A stretch of 64,000 nt of DNA from NCBI GenBank assembly GCA_963667465.2, contig CAXXDN010000002.1, forward strand, positions 1,824,001 through 1,888,000. The letters run 5' to 3'. How positions within the stretch are numbered: the stretch's first letter is position 1; every line of letters starts with the position of its first letter. The translations under genes and the position numbers were made by a program. This stretch comes from Dehalococcoidia bacterium (lineage in GTDB: Bacteria > Chloroflexota > Dehalococcoidia > UBA2979). Below are positions 37,369 through 45,465 of the stretch, one piece after another. The notes beneath the pieces were generated by a model. That model worked only from the letters and a program-made list of their open reading frames with translations. It did not search any database and was not told where the DNA came from.

Positions 37369-38289
37369 TCAGCCCGATCGCGCGGGCCCGAGCAGGGCTG
37401 CGCCGGCCCAGAGCCGCGCGATCGCGCTCAGCTTCTCGAAGCCGTTCAGGCCCACCCGCTCGTTGAGCACGTCGTAGCCGCGCGCCTCGATGCGCTTGAG
37501 CAGCTCGAAGTAGACGCCCTGCAGCACGTTCACGCACATCCGCGAACGCACATCGAGCAGCGGCAGCAGCCCTCGGCCCAGGCGGAAGTAGTGGTGCGCG
37601 CGCTGACCCTGCGCCGCCATCAGCGAGACGAAGCGGTGGTCGTAGCGGCAGGCGAGGATGTCGGCGGCGGTCAGGCCGTGCGCGCTCAGCTCATCGGCGG
37701 GGAAGTAGACACGTCCGCGCGCGGCATCCTCCTTCACATCGCGCATGATGTTCACGATCTGCAGCCCCAGGCCCATGCTCGCCGCGAACTCCCCGCCGCG
37801 CGGGTGCGGCCTGGCCCCGAAGACCGAGACGCAGATGTGCCCGACCATCGAGGCGACGCGGTAGCAGTACTGCTGCAGGTCCGCCCAGGTCTCGTAACGG
37901 TTGATGGTAAAGTCCATCTCCACCCCGTTGACCAGCTCCTCGAAGTGCTCGCGCGGCGTCCCGAAGCGGTCGATGGCGTCTCCGAGCGCGATGAACAGCG
38001 GGCCCCGGCGCGCGCCCTCGTAACAGGCCTCGAGGCGCGCCCGCGCCCGTGCGATCTCCTCCTCCTGGCGCGACCGCTCGGTCAGCTCGTCGGCGATGTC
38101 GTCCACGTAGCCGCTGAAGGCGTAGGCGGCGTAGATCGCGTTTCGCTTCCGGGCGGGAAGAATCGTGAAGGCGTAGTAGAAGTTGGAGGCGCGCGCCTTC
38201 GTGAAGGCGCGGCACCAGGCGTAGGCGTCTTCCGGGGTGAAGCGCTCGTCGCCGTGCGCTTCCAGTTCCGTCAGGACATCGAACGCCAC
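37369..38289 (-). CDS. hpnD: Presqualene diphosphate synthase
   Basis: SNFYYAF, VDDIAD, YCYRVASMVG, LQIVNIMRDVKEDA.RGRVY. Confidence 0.85.
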   Translation of the reverse strand: MAFDVLTELEAHGDERFTPEDAYAWCRAFTKARASNFYYAFTILPARKRNAIYAAYAFSGYVDDIADELTERSRQEEEIARARARLEACYEGARRGPLFIALGDAIDRFGTPREHFEELVNGVEMDFTINRYETWADLQQYCYRVASMVGHICVSVFGARPHPRGGEFAASMGLGLQIVNIMRDVKEDAARGRVYFPADELSAHGLTAADILACRYDHRFVSLMAAQGQRAHHYFRLGRGLLPLLDVRSRMCVNVLQGVYFELLKRIEARGYDVLNERVGLNGFEKLSAIARLWAGAALLGPARSG

Positions 38290-38310
38290 GCCGCCCTCCT
38301 CTCCGCGCGA

Positions 38311-39198
38311 TCAGATCCGCAGCGCGACGCGCAGACCGTGCACGATCGCGAGGCGCAGCTTCACGGCGCGCGTCACGCGAGGCCGCGCACTGAGCGTGTC
38401 GTAGCCGGCGCGCTCGATCGCATCGAGGATCGCCTCGCCGCCCAGGCGGAAGAGCCGGATGTCGGTGCGCACGGAGCGCGGGACGAGCGCCTCGAGGGCG
38501 CTGCCCTCGGCGAAGAGCGCCCGTGCGCGCTCCACCTGGAAGCGCATCAGCTCCCGGAAGTTCTCGTCAAACCGCCCCTGGATGATCTGAGCGTCGTCGC
38601 AGCCGAAGCGGCGCAGGTCCTCCTGCGGCAGGTAGCTGCGCCCCTTCCCGATGTCGACCGAGACGTCCTGCCAGAAGTTCGCGAGTTGCAGTCCGATGCA
38701 GGTCGCGTCGGAGAGCGCGACGCGCTCGGCGTCCTGGTAGCCGAGGACAGCGAGCACCATCCGGCCCACCGGCGTGGCGGAGTAGCTGCAGTAGTCGAGC
38801 ACGTCGTCGTAGGTCTCGAAGCGGGAGACGCGCTGGTCGATGCGGTTTGCCTCGATCAGGCGCAGGAACGGGTCGAGCGGGATCGCGCGGTCCTCGATGG
38901 TGCGCGCGAGGGCCGTCAGCAGTGGACGCGCCGGCTCGCCCGCGACGGTCTCGCGCAACTCGCGCTCCCACTCGTCGAGGAGGGCGAGACGGTCGCCCTC
39001 CACCTCGTCGCCGAGGTCGTCGGTGTAGCGGCAGAAGGCGTAGACGGCGAAGAAGTGCGGGCGCAGCTTGCGCGGGAGGAACCACGAGACGACGGTGAAG
39101 TTCTCGCCGTGGCTGCGCGCGTAGCGCTCGCACCAGCGGTACGCCTCGCGTGGGTCCGCGCGCCCGTCCCGCAGCCGTTCGCCGGTGTTCGCGCTCAT
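38311..39198 (-). CDS. hpnC: Hydroxysqualene synthase
   Basis: HGENFTVVS, TDDLGDE, YC..SATPVGR, LQLANFWQDV; start re-called to ATG 39198. Confidence 0.9.
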   Translation of the reverse strand: MSANTGERLRDGRADPREAYRWCERYARSHGENFTVVSWFLPRKLRPHFFAVYAFCRYTDDLGDEVEGDRLALLDEWERELRETVAGEPARPLLTALARTIEDRAIPLDPFLRLIEANRIDQRVSRFETYDDVLDYCSYSATPVGRMVLAVLGYQDAERVALSDATCIGLQLANFWQDVSVDIGKGRSYLPQEDLRRFGCDDAQIIQGRFDENFRELMRFQVERARALFAEGSALEALVPRSVRTDIRLFRLGGEAILDAIERAGYDTLSARPRVTRAVKLRLAIVHGLRVALRI

Positions 39199-39316
39199 CG
39201 CGGGTGGTCCGTTCGCGACGGCCGAGGCAGCGCCCCCGGCCCGTCCGGCATTCGTGATGGCCTGTGCGGACAGGGTATCAAGTCTCAGCTCAGACCTGTC
39301 GCGAGAGCCCGGCGGC

Positions 39317-39808
39317 TCAGACCGCGTCGCGCAGGTACGCGGTCGCGAGGGCGTCGGCGTACTCGTTCCAGCGTGCGCCGTCGTGCGCGCGAATCCAGCG
39401 GATCCGGACATGCGGCCGCGCCTGCGTGAGCGCCCAGGCGCGCTGCACGAGGTCGAGGTTCTTGACCGGGCCGGCGCGGCGCTTCCAGCCGCGGCGCTCC
39501 CAGCCGGCGGCCCACTCGTTCAGCGTCCGCACCACAAGGTCGCTGTCGCTGTAGACGTCTTCCGCCTCGGCCGGGTCGATCAGCTCGAGGCCGGCGATCA
39601 TCGCTTCGAGCTCCATGCGGTTGTTGGTCGTGGAGGGATGCGAGCCGTGGCGCTCGTCGAGGATCACGCCGTCGCGCACGCGGACCGCGCCCCAGCCGCC
39701 GGGGCCGGGGTTGCCGTAGCAGGAGCCGTCCGTGAAGACGCCGCTGCCCGGTCCCGCACTGAACCGGGCGAGCACCTGTTGCGTGGTCATGAAGCCGTCG
39801 CGCGGCAT
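39317..39808 (-). CDS. rnhA: Ribonuclease HI
   Basis: FTDGSCYGNPGPGGWG, TTNNRMEL, YSDS, VKNLDL, WIRAH, NEYADALA. Confidence 0.93.
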   Translation of the reverse strand: MPRDGFMTTQQVLARFSAGPGSGVFTDGSCYGNPGPGGWGAVRVRDGVILDERHGSHPSTTNNRMELEAMIAGLELIDPAEAEDVYSDSDLVVRTLNEWAAGWERRGWKRRAGPVKNLDLVQRAWALTQARPHVRIRWIRAHDGARWNEYADALATAYLRDAV

Positions 39809-39848
39809 CGCTGCTCCCTTGTCCCGCCCGCTCGCATCCGCGAGCCGG

Positions 39849-41393
39849 CTACTGCACGGCGATCCCGTTGTAGAGCATCACGGGATCTCCCTGGAAGACA
39901 TCGCTCTCGAGGTTGGCGATGACGATGATCGGGCGGTCCGCGATCACGACCGCACCGCCGACCCAGCCGTCGGGCAGGGTCGAGTCCTCCCACTGGCGCA
40001 GCGTGCGGAAGTGATTGACGGTTGCGCCCGGGGAGAGCCGCCCCGTGGGGAAGTGGCTGGAGAAGTAGAGCACGTTGACGCGCGCGCGGGAACCATCGAA
40101 GGCGACCACCCGGAACCACGAGTTCCAGCCATTGAAGCCGCCCCAGGGGCCGAAGTTCTTGTTGAGCACCGGCAGCACGATCTCGCGCGCGGCCTCGGCG
40201 GCCGTGAAGCCGCGGTAGTCGGCGAGCGCCCCGTCGGCCGAGCGGCGCTGTGCGACCACGGCAATCGGGTACTCGGCGCGGATCCGCACCGTCCCGAAGA
40301 ACGTCTCGGGCAGCGAGACGTCATCCGGCAGGCACCCGGCGATACCGTCGTAACGCTGGTCACAGGTCAGCACCGAGAGGACCGTCAACTCGTGCTCGAT
40401 CTCGATCTCGTCGCCCTCGGCGTTGTGGCCGGCGAAGAGGAGCTGCAGCTCGTTGGGCACCGGCGGGATGCTGTTGAAGATCCGGAAGCGCGTCGTCCAG
40501 GTGGTCTGGCCCTCGCTGGCGTTGCGGTCGACGATCGGGAGCACCACGTCGCGGCTCATCTCGGTGTAGTCGATGCCGCGGTAGGTCGCGAGGCCCGGTC
40601 CCTCGCGTTCGCGCGTGTCGACCACCATCGCCGGCAGTTGATCCTGCGCGGGCACGCCCGACCCCGTCGTGAGGCCCTGGACCACGGCCGAGCCGTCGAA
40701 GCCCTCCGGCACCGGCAGGCTGTGCTCGTCGCGCAGCAGCGTGCCGCGTGGCGGGACCAGGGCGCCCCCGCGCGGGCAGCCCTCCGTGGCCCCGGGAGGA
40801 TCGATGGTGGTCGGCCGGGTCGCGCCCTCGTCGTAGTAGACGAGCTGGAAGCAGGCCTCGAGGGTGTCGCTGGTGTTCTCGACGGAGATGCGGGAGACGT
40901 ACTCGGCGGTGCGCTGGACGACGGGCGCGAAGTGCGTCGCGCTCCCCGGTGCGAGGCTGAGCGCGTCTCCGCCGATCCGGAACAGCCCGTCCTGGAAGAC
41001 GTCGCGGGCGAGCAGGGCGACGAAGGGCTGATCGACCGTAACCACGGCGGAGCCGCGATAGCCCTCGTCCAGGGGTGCGTAGCCCTGCTGGAAGAACGAC
41101 CAGCCGTCGCCGGGCGCCAGCGCGTCGCACTCGCCGCTGCGTGGGCAGCGGTCGCTGCCCATCAAGTCCCCGCCGAGGTCAAAGAACTGGACCTCGATGG
41201 TGGCGGCGCGCCGTCCGATGTTCTGGACGCGCAACCAGGAGTTCTCTTCGCCGAGGTCGAGCGGGTCGGCCTCGCTCCGGGGAGCGTCGGCGAGGGACGC
41301 GAGGGCGAACGCGGCGGCGAGCAGCGCCAGCAGCGCGAGCGGCCGCAGGCGCGGAGGCGCGGGGAACCAGAAGCGCACAGGCGCGCCCTCCAT
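39849..41393 (-). CDS. Secreted protein with about four internal beta-rich modules
   Basis: Signal peptide; repeating S/T.xR(V/I)xN ... G(S)AVV ... P(F/I)(V/A) ... (L/A)P(V/I) units. Confidence 0.7.
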   Translation of the reverse strand: MEGAPVRFWFPAPPRLRPLALLALLAAAFALASLADAPRSEADPLDLGEENSWLRVQNIGRRAATIEVQFFDLGGDLMGSDRCPRSGECDALAPGDGWSFFQQGYAPLDEGYRGSAVVTVDQPFVALLARDVFQDGLFRIGGDALSLAPGSATHFAPVVQRTAEYVSRISVENTSDTLEACFQLVYYDEGATRPTTIDPPGATEGCPRGGALVPPRGTLLRDEHSLPVPEGFDGSAVVQGLTTGSGVPAQDQLPAMVVDTREREGPGLATYRGIDYTEMSRDVVLPIVDRNASEGQTTWTTRFRIFNSIPPVPNELQLLFAGHNAEGDEIEIEHELTVLSVLTCDQRYDGIAGCLPDDVSLPETFFGTVRIRAEYPIAVVAQRRSADGALADYRGFTAAEAAREIVLPVLNKNFGPWGGFNGWNSWFRVVAFDGSRARVNVLYFSSHFPTGRLSPGATVNHFRTLRQWEDSTLPDGWVGGAVVIADRPIIVIANLESDVFQGDPVMLYNGIAVQ

Positions 41394-41514
41394 CCCGCCA
41401 CCAGAGATGATACGGGAGAGCGCAGACCTCCGCGCACGGCACGCTTCAGGCCGGCGGCGTGATGCTCGCTCCAACAATAGCCACCAAGTTATACTAATGC
41501 CAGGAGGTACTACC

Positions 41515-41790
41515 ATGGCCTACGTGGTTGGATCCAAGGGCCAGGTCGTGATCGCGAAGGACATTCGCGACCGGCTCGGAATCGGCCCCGGGTGGGTCGC
41601 GATGCAGCGCGTTACCGACGACCATGTCGAGATGCACTTCCTGCCTCCCGACCACAACGAGTCCCTGAAGGGCAGCCTCGCCGCCTACGTGCGCCGCGAA
41701 TCACGTCCCGACGATTGGGACGGAGCGAGGGACCGAGCCTGGCGCTATGCCGCGGAGGAGCGTGAACGCGAGCCTGACCCGTCCCGGTGA
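41515..41790 (+). CDS. AbrB/MazE-type (VapB-like) antitoxin
   Basis: VGSKGQVVIAKDIRDRLGIGPG; AGGAGG RBS and TATACT upstream. Confidence 0.85.
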   Translation: MAYVVGSKGQVVIAKDIRDRLGIGPGWVAMQRVTDDHVEMHFLPPDHNESLKGSLAAYVRRESRPDDWDGARDRAWRYAAEEREREPDPSR

Positions 41791-42197
41791 GCGCGCTGCT
41801 CGACACGTCGATGCTCGTTCGGTATCTCACCGGAGATCCGCCTGACCTCGCCGATGTCAGCGCGCGGGTGATCGACGGCGAGGATTCGCTGCTGATCACG
41901 GATGTCGTGCTCGTGGAGGCAGCGTACGTGCTCCGCTCCGAATACGATGTGCCGAGGCAAGCTATCGTCGATCAGCTGATTGCCCTGCTCCGGAAGGCGA
42001 ATATCGAGACCTTCCGGCTGGACAAGCACCTCGTGATCGAGGCGCTGTTCCTGTGCCGGCCGTCGGGCCGCGTCTCCTTTGGCGATGCGCTGATCTGGGC
42101 AACTGCGCGGTCGGAGCCGGATCCGATTGTCTACTCGCTCGATCGCCGTTTTCCGGACGAGGGGATCACAGTTCTGCAATCGGCTGCGGGTCGGTAG
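41787..42197 (+). CDS. vapC: PIN-domain VapC toxin
   Basis: LLDTSMLVRYL, VLVE, SFGDALI, SLDRRF. Confidence 0.87.
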   Translation: MSALLDTSMLVRYLTGDPPDLADVSARVIDGEDSLLITDVVLVEAAYVLRSEYDVPRQAIVDQLIALLRKANIETFRLDKHLVIEALFLCRPSGRVSFGDALIWATARSEPDPIVYSLDRRFPDEGITVLQSAAGR

Positions 42198-42290
42198 CCG
42201 AAGGAAGAGACCGCCCCTCGCGGGATCGGGAACTCGACGCCCGGATCAGGGCGGTGCTACGATCGTGGTCCTGGCGCTTCGCGGCGCCGT

Positions 42291-42367
42291 CGGGGTGTAG
42301 CTCAGCTTGGCAGAGCGCGTCGTTCGGGACGACGAGGTCCGCAGTTCAAATCTGCGCACCCCGACCA
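42291..42367 (+). tRNA. tRNA-Pro(CGG)
   Basis: CGGGGTG/CACCCCG acceptor stem, anticodon arm CGTCG-TTCGGGA-CGACG, GTTCAAAT T-loop, encoded CCA. Confidence 0.96.
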
Positions 42368-42470
42368 TCCAACTCATCCGCTCCGCCGCCGGGGCGGCCC
42401 ACAGGCTGTTCCAGACGCGGGCGCTGCCCGTGGCGCCACGGGCAGCGCCCCGGCTACGAGAGAACCAGCC

Positions 42471-43214
42471 GTGACCGCACCCCCCGCCGCCGACCGCACG
42501 CGCCGACCCCGGATCCTGGTCACGCGCGCCGAGGAGGTACCCGGCGAGCGCTGGGATGACTACGCCGATCGCCTCGAGGCAGCAGGCGCGGATTGGGAGG
42601 CGCTCGACCTCGAGGACTGGCAGCCCGGTACGCGCATCGAAGACTACGACGGTTTGATCATCAGCGGCGGGGTCGACGTCGATCCTGCCCGCTACGGCGA
42701 GGCGCCCTCCAGCTATGTCACCGCCACGAACGCGGCGCGCGACGAGTTCGAGACCGCCCTGCTGCTGGACGCCCTCGAGCGCGACCTGCCGGTGCTGGGG
42801 ATCTGCCGCGGGCACCAACTCCTCAACGTCGCGCACGGCGGCTCGCTGCTGCAGCACATCGCCGAGCGTGAGCCGCACCGCGCCCGCAGCGGCGAGGGCG
42901 GCGCGATCGACTCCGGCTGGCACGACGTCACGCTCGCGGAGGGCTCGCTCCTCGCGGCCCTGTTCGAGGCGCCCTCGCTGCACGTCAACTCGCGGCACCA
43001 CCAGGCCGTCACGCTCGACCGCCTCGCGCCGGGTCTGCGCGTGGCAGGCACGACCCCGGACGGCATCGTCGAGGCGCTGGAGCGCCCCGACCGGCGCTGG
43101 GTGCTCTCCGTGCAGTGGCACCCGGAGCGCGAGGAGGACGCCGCGAGCCAGCGCCCGATCTTCGAGGCGTTCGTGGAGGCCTGCGCCGCAACGCCGCAAC
43201 GGGATGCCGGGTGA
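42471..43214 (+). CDS. Gamma-glutamyl-amide hydrolase (PuuD / peptidase C26)
   Basis: SGGVDVDPARYG, PVLGICRGHQLLNV, VNSRHHQAV, VQWHPE. Confidence 0.9.
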   Translation: MTAPPAADRTRRPRILVTRAEEVPGERWDDYADRLEAAGADWEALDLEDWQPGTRIEDYDGLIISGGVDVDPARYGEAPSSYVTATNAARDEFETALLLDALERDLPVLGICRGHQLLNVAHGGSLLQHIAEREPHRARSGEGGAIDSGWHDVTLAEGSLLAALFEAPSLHVNSRHHQAVTLDRLAPGLRVAGTTPDGIVEALERPDRRWVLSVQWHPEREEDAASQRPIFEAFVEACAATPQRDAG

Positions 43215-43684
43215 GCGATTCGGCTGCGGGCTTTCGCTACTTCGCGTACGGCTCCAACCTCAGCGAGGCGCGGCTGCACGAGAACTGCCCCTCCGCCCGC
43301 CTTGAGGCGATCGCGCGACTGCCCGGCTACCGGCTGGCGTTCACGCGCCGCAGCGAGCGCTGGGGTGGCGGCGTCGCCGACGTCCGCCCCGAGGCCGGCG
43401 CCGAGGTCCGGGGCATCGTCTGGCGCATCGCTGACCCGGACGGGGACGCCCTCGATCGACAGGAGGGTGTGCACGCCACGCCGCCGCGCTACCGGCGGAT
43501 CGAGGTCGCCGTGACCAACGAAGCCGGCGCAGTCCTCGACTGCCTCGCCTACCAGGTGGTGGAACCGCAGGCGGAGCACATCGCGCCGTCGATGGCCTAC
43601 CTCGCAACGATGTTGCGCGGCGGGCGGGCGGCGGGGTTGCCGCGGGCGTACCTCGCGCGGATCGAGGCGATCGCGGCCGGCTGA
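43211..43684 (+). CDS. Gamma-glutamylcyclotransferase family protein
   Basis: YFAYGSNL, LPGYRLAF, LDRQEG, PSMAYL; GTGA overlap with upstream gene. Confidence 0.88.
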   Translation: MSDSAAGFRYFAYGSNLSEARLHENCPSARLEAIARLPGYRLAFTRRSERWGGGVADVRPEAGAEVRGIVWRIADPDGDALDRQEGVHATPPRYRRIEVAVTNEAGAVLDCLAYQVVEPQAEHIAPSMAYLATMLRGGRAAGLPRAYLARIEAIAAG

Positions 43685-43688
43685 CGGG
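43644..43688 (+). repeat. 45 bp direct repeat, left copy (GGCT gene 3' end)
   Basis: GGGCGTACCTCGCGCGGATCGAGGCGATCGCGGCCGGCTGACGGG, identical to 45339-45383. Confidence 0.95.
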
Positions 43689-43724
43689 CGCGAGGGTGGA
43701 CTGCGGCGAACGGATAATCTAAAG

Positions 43725-44750
43725 TTGTCTCGCCGAAGGCTCTCCCCGCCACGACTCGGCGAGTGCGTGCCACGTCCTTCGATTGCTCGTTCCGCGGAAC
43801 AGGTCGCTGCACCGGAGATCCACCCGCCCACATTGGCGGTCGGCTCCTCGTCGTCGTTCAGCGCGTACGAAATCCACCACGCGGACGCCTTTCGCTGGCT
43901 CACCCACGCCGAACCGAACTCTATCGAGGCGGTAGTCACGGACCCGCCGTACGGGGTGGTGGAGTACACCCCCGCACAACTCGCGAAGCGGCGGAACGGC
44001 AACGGCGGAGTGTGGCGCATCCCACCGGCGTTCGACGGTGCGAAGAGGCAGCCGCTGCCTCGCTTCACCGCACTCGGCGAACGTGAGCGCCGCGCGATCC
44101 CGCGCTTCTTCGAGCGCCTCGCTGGACTCCTCTTCCGTGTCGTTGTGCCTGGCGCCCACGTCTTCATCGCTACGAACCCGGTGGTGTCCCATCTCGTCTA
44201 CGAACCGTTCGTCGGCGCAGGCTTCGAGAAGCGCGGCGAGATCGTGCGCATCGTGAAGACCCTGCGCGGCGGCGATCGCCCGAAGAACGCGCACGAGGAG
44301 TTCCCGGACGTCAGCGTGATGCCGCGGTCAAGCTGGGAGCCGTGGGGCCTGTTCCGCAAACCGCTCGAGGGCCGCGTACAGGACAACCTGCGTAAGTGGG
44401 GTACGGGGGGTCTCCGGCGAACCTCGGCTCAGGCGCCGTTCCGGGATGTCCTCGAGTGCGCCCCGGCCCGTGGACGGGAACGAGCGATCGCCCCGCATCC
44501 GTCACTCAAGCCGCAGTTGCTCATGCGCCAGCTCGTGCGGGCCTCGCTCCCCCTCGGCGAGGGCGTCGTCCTCGACCCGTTCATGGGGTCGGGCGCAACT
44601 ATTGCGGCTGCTACCGCGCTCGGCATCCCCTCGGTCGGTATCGAAGTCGATGCGGAGTTCTTCCGGCTCGCGGAGGAGGCCATCCCGAAGCTGGCAGCGC
44701 TGCATCCACAACAACCGCTGGAACCCGATGCGACCACAAGAATTCGATAG
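43725..44750 (+). CDS. N4-C/N6-A DNA methyltransferase, beta class
   Basis: VVTDPPYG precedes HPSLKP and VLDPFMGSG; start uncertain (TTG 43725, GTG 43767 or later). Confidence 0.9.
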   Translation: MSRRRLSPPRLGECVPRPSIARSAEQVAAPEIHPPTLAVGSSSSFSAYEIHHADAFRWLTHAEPNSIEAVVTDPPYGVVEYTPAQLAKRRNGNGGVWRIPPAFDGAKRQPLPRFTALGERERRAIPRFFERLAGLLFRVVVPGAHVFIATNPVVSHLVYEPFVGAGFEKRGEIVRIVKTLRGGDRPKNAHEEFPDVSVMPRSSWEPWGLFRKPLEGRVQDNLRKWGTGGLRRTSAQAPFRDVLECAPARGRERAIAPHPSLKPQLLMRQLVRASLPLGEGVVLDPFMGSGATIAAATALGIPSVGIEVDAEFFRLAEEAIPKLAALHPQQPLEPDATTRIR

Positions 44751-45333
44751 CACAGTCGCCCGGCCACCCGGCCTCACGATCGCGGCGATTCGCAGCGCGA
44801 CCGACTACATCGAGCGCGAGCTCGCTGACCTCCTCGACATCTACTTCGAGCAAGCGAACCTCTTCAGCGGCCTGGTCGGCATCTACGGGACACGAGCACT
44901 CGACATCCACAGCGTGTACGAGAAGCACCGCAACCGCGACCTTGCGGCGCAACGATTCCCCGACCTCCGCCGCAGAGGCAGCGGCGATGCGCCCCGCCCT
45001 GAGGACTCGCTCGAGTCAAAGGCGAGCATCCGCCCGTGGGCGCTGCAAGCGCACTATGACCATCCAGGCTGGTACATCGTGTGGCGCTACCTCATCGACA
45101 CCACCGGCACGTACGAGCGCGAGCGGCCAGTGATCGTCTGGCGAATCGATCTCGCGTTCCTGCAGCAGGGCGACTGGAAGTACGAGGGCAGCGGAGCCGG
45201 ACCGGAGGGAGGCGGCCGCACGCACACGTTCGGCTTGCACCGGCCCGCGACCAGGTTGCGCGGGAAGGCAGTGTACGCGCGCTCCGACGTGGTTCTGCGA
45301 GGCGGCAAGCCGGGCCCAGCGAACGGCGACTGA
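44728..45333 (+). CDS. Putative PD-(D/E)XK restriction endonuclease
   Basis: FPDL...LESKAS motif; overlaps the MTase end; inside the repeat-flanked cassette. Confidence 0.6.
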   Translation: MRPQEFDSTVARPPGLTIAAIRSATDYIERELADLLDIYFEQANLFSGLVGIYGTRALDIHSVYEKHRNRDLAAQRFPDLRRRGSGDAPRPEDSLESKASIRPWALQAHYDHPGWYIVWRYLIDTTGTYERERPVIVWRIDLAFLQQGDWKYEGSGAGPEGGGRTHTFGLHRPATRLRGKAVYARSDVVLRGGKPGPANGD

Positions 45334-45338
45334 GCCAG

Positions 45339-45383
45339 GGGCGTACCTCGCGCGGATCGAGGCGATCGCGGCCGGCTGACGGG
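45339..45383 (+). repeat. 45 bp direct repeat, right copy
   Basis: Identical to 43644-43688; begins 5 bp after the nuclease stop codon. Confidence 0.95.
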
Positions 45384-45465
45384 AGAGGCGCCGGCGGGTT
45401 CCTGCCCACTCGCGCTGGTACAATAAGGATACGGGCGTTCCCGCACTCCCCGTCCGAGGCAGACG

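Noticed and set aside
41400-42420. tRNA-Pro as integration site for abrB-vapC
   Set aside because: The TA pair lies 5' of the tRNA, no duplicated tRNA 3' fragment was seen, and there is no integrase.
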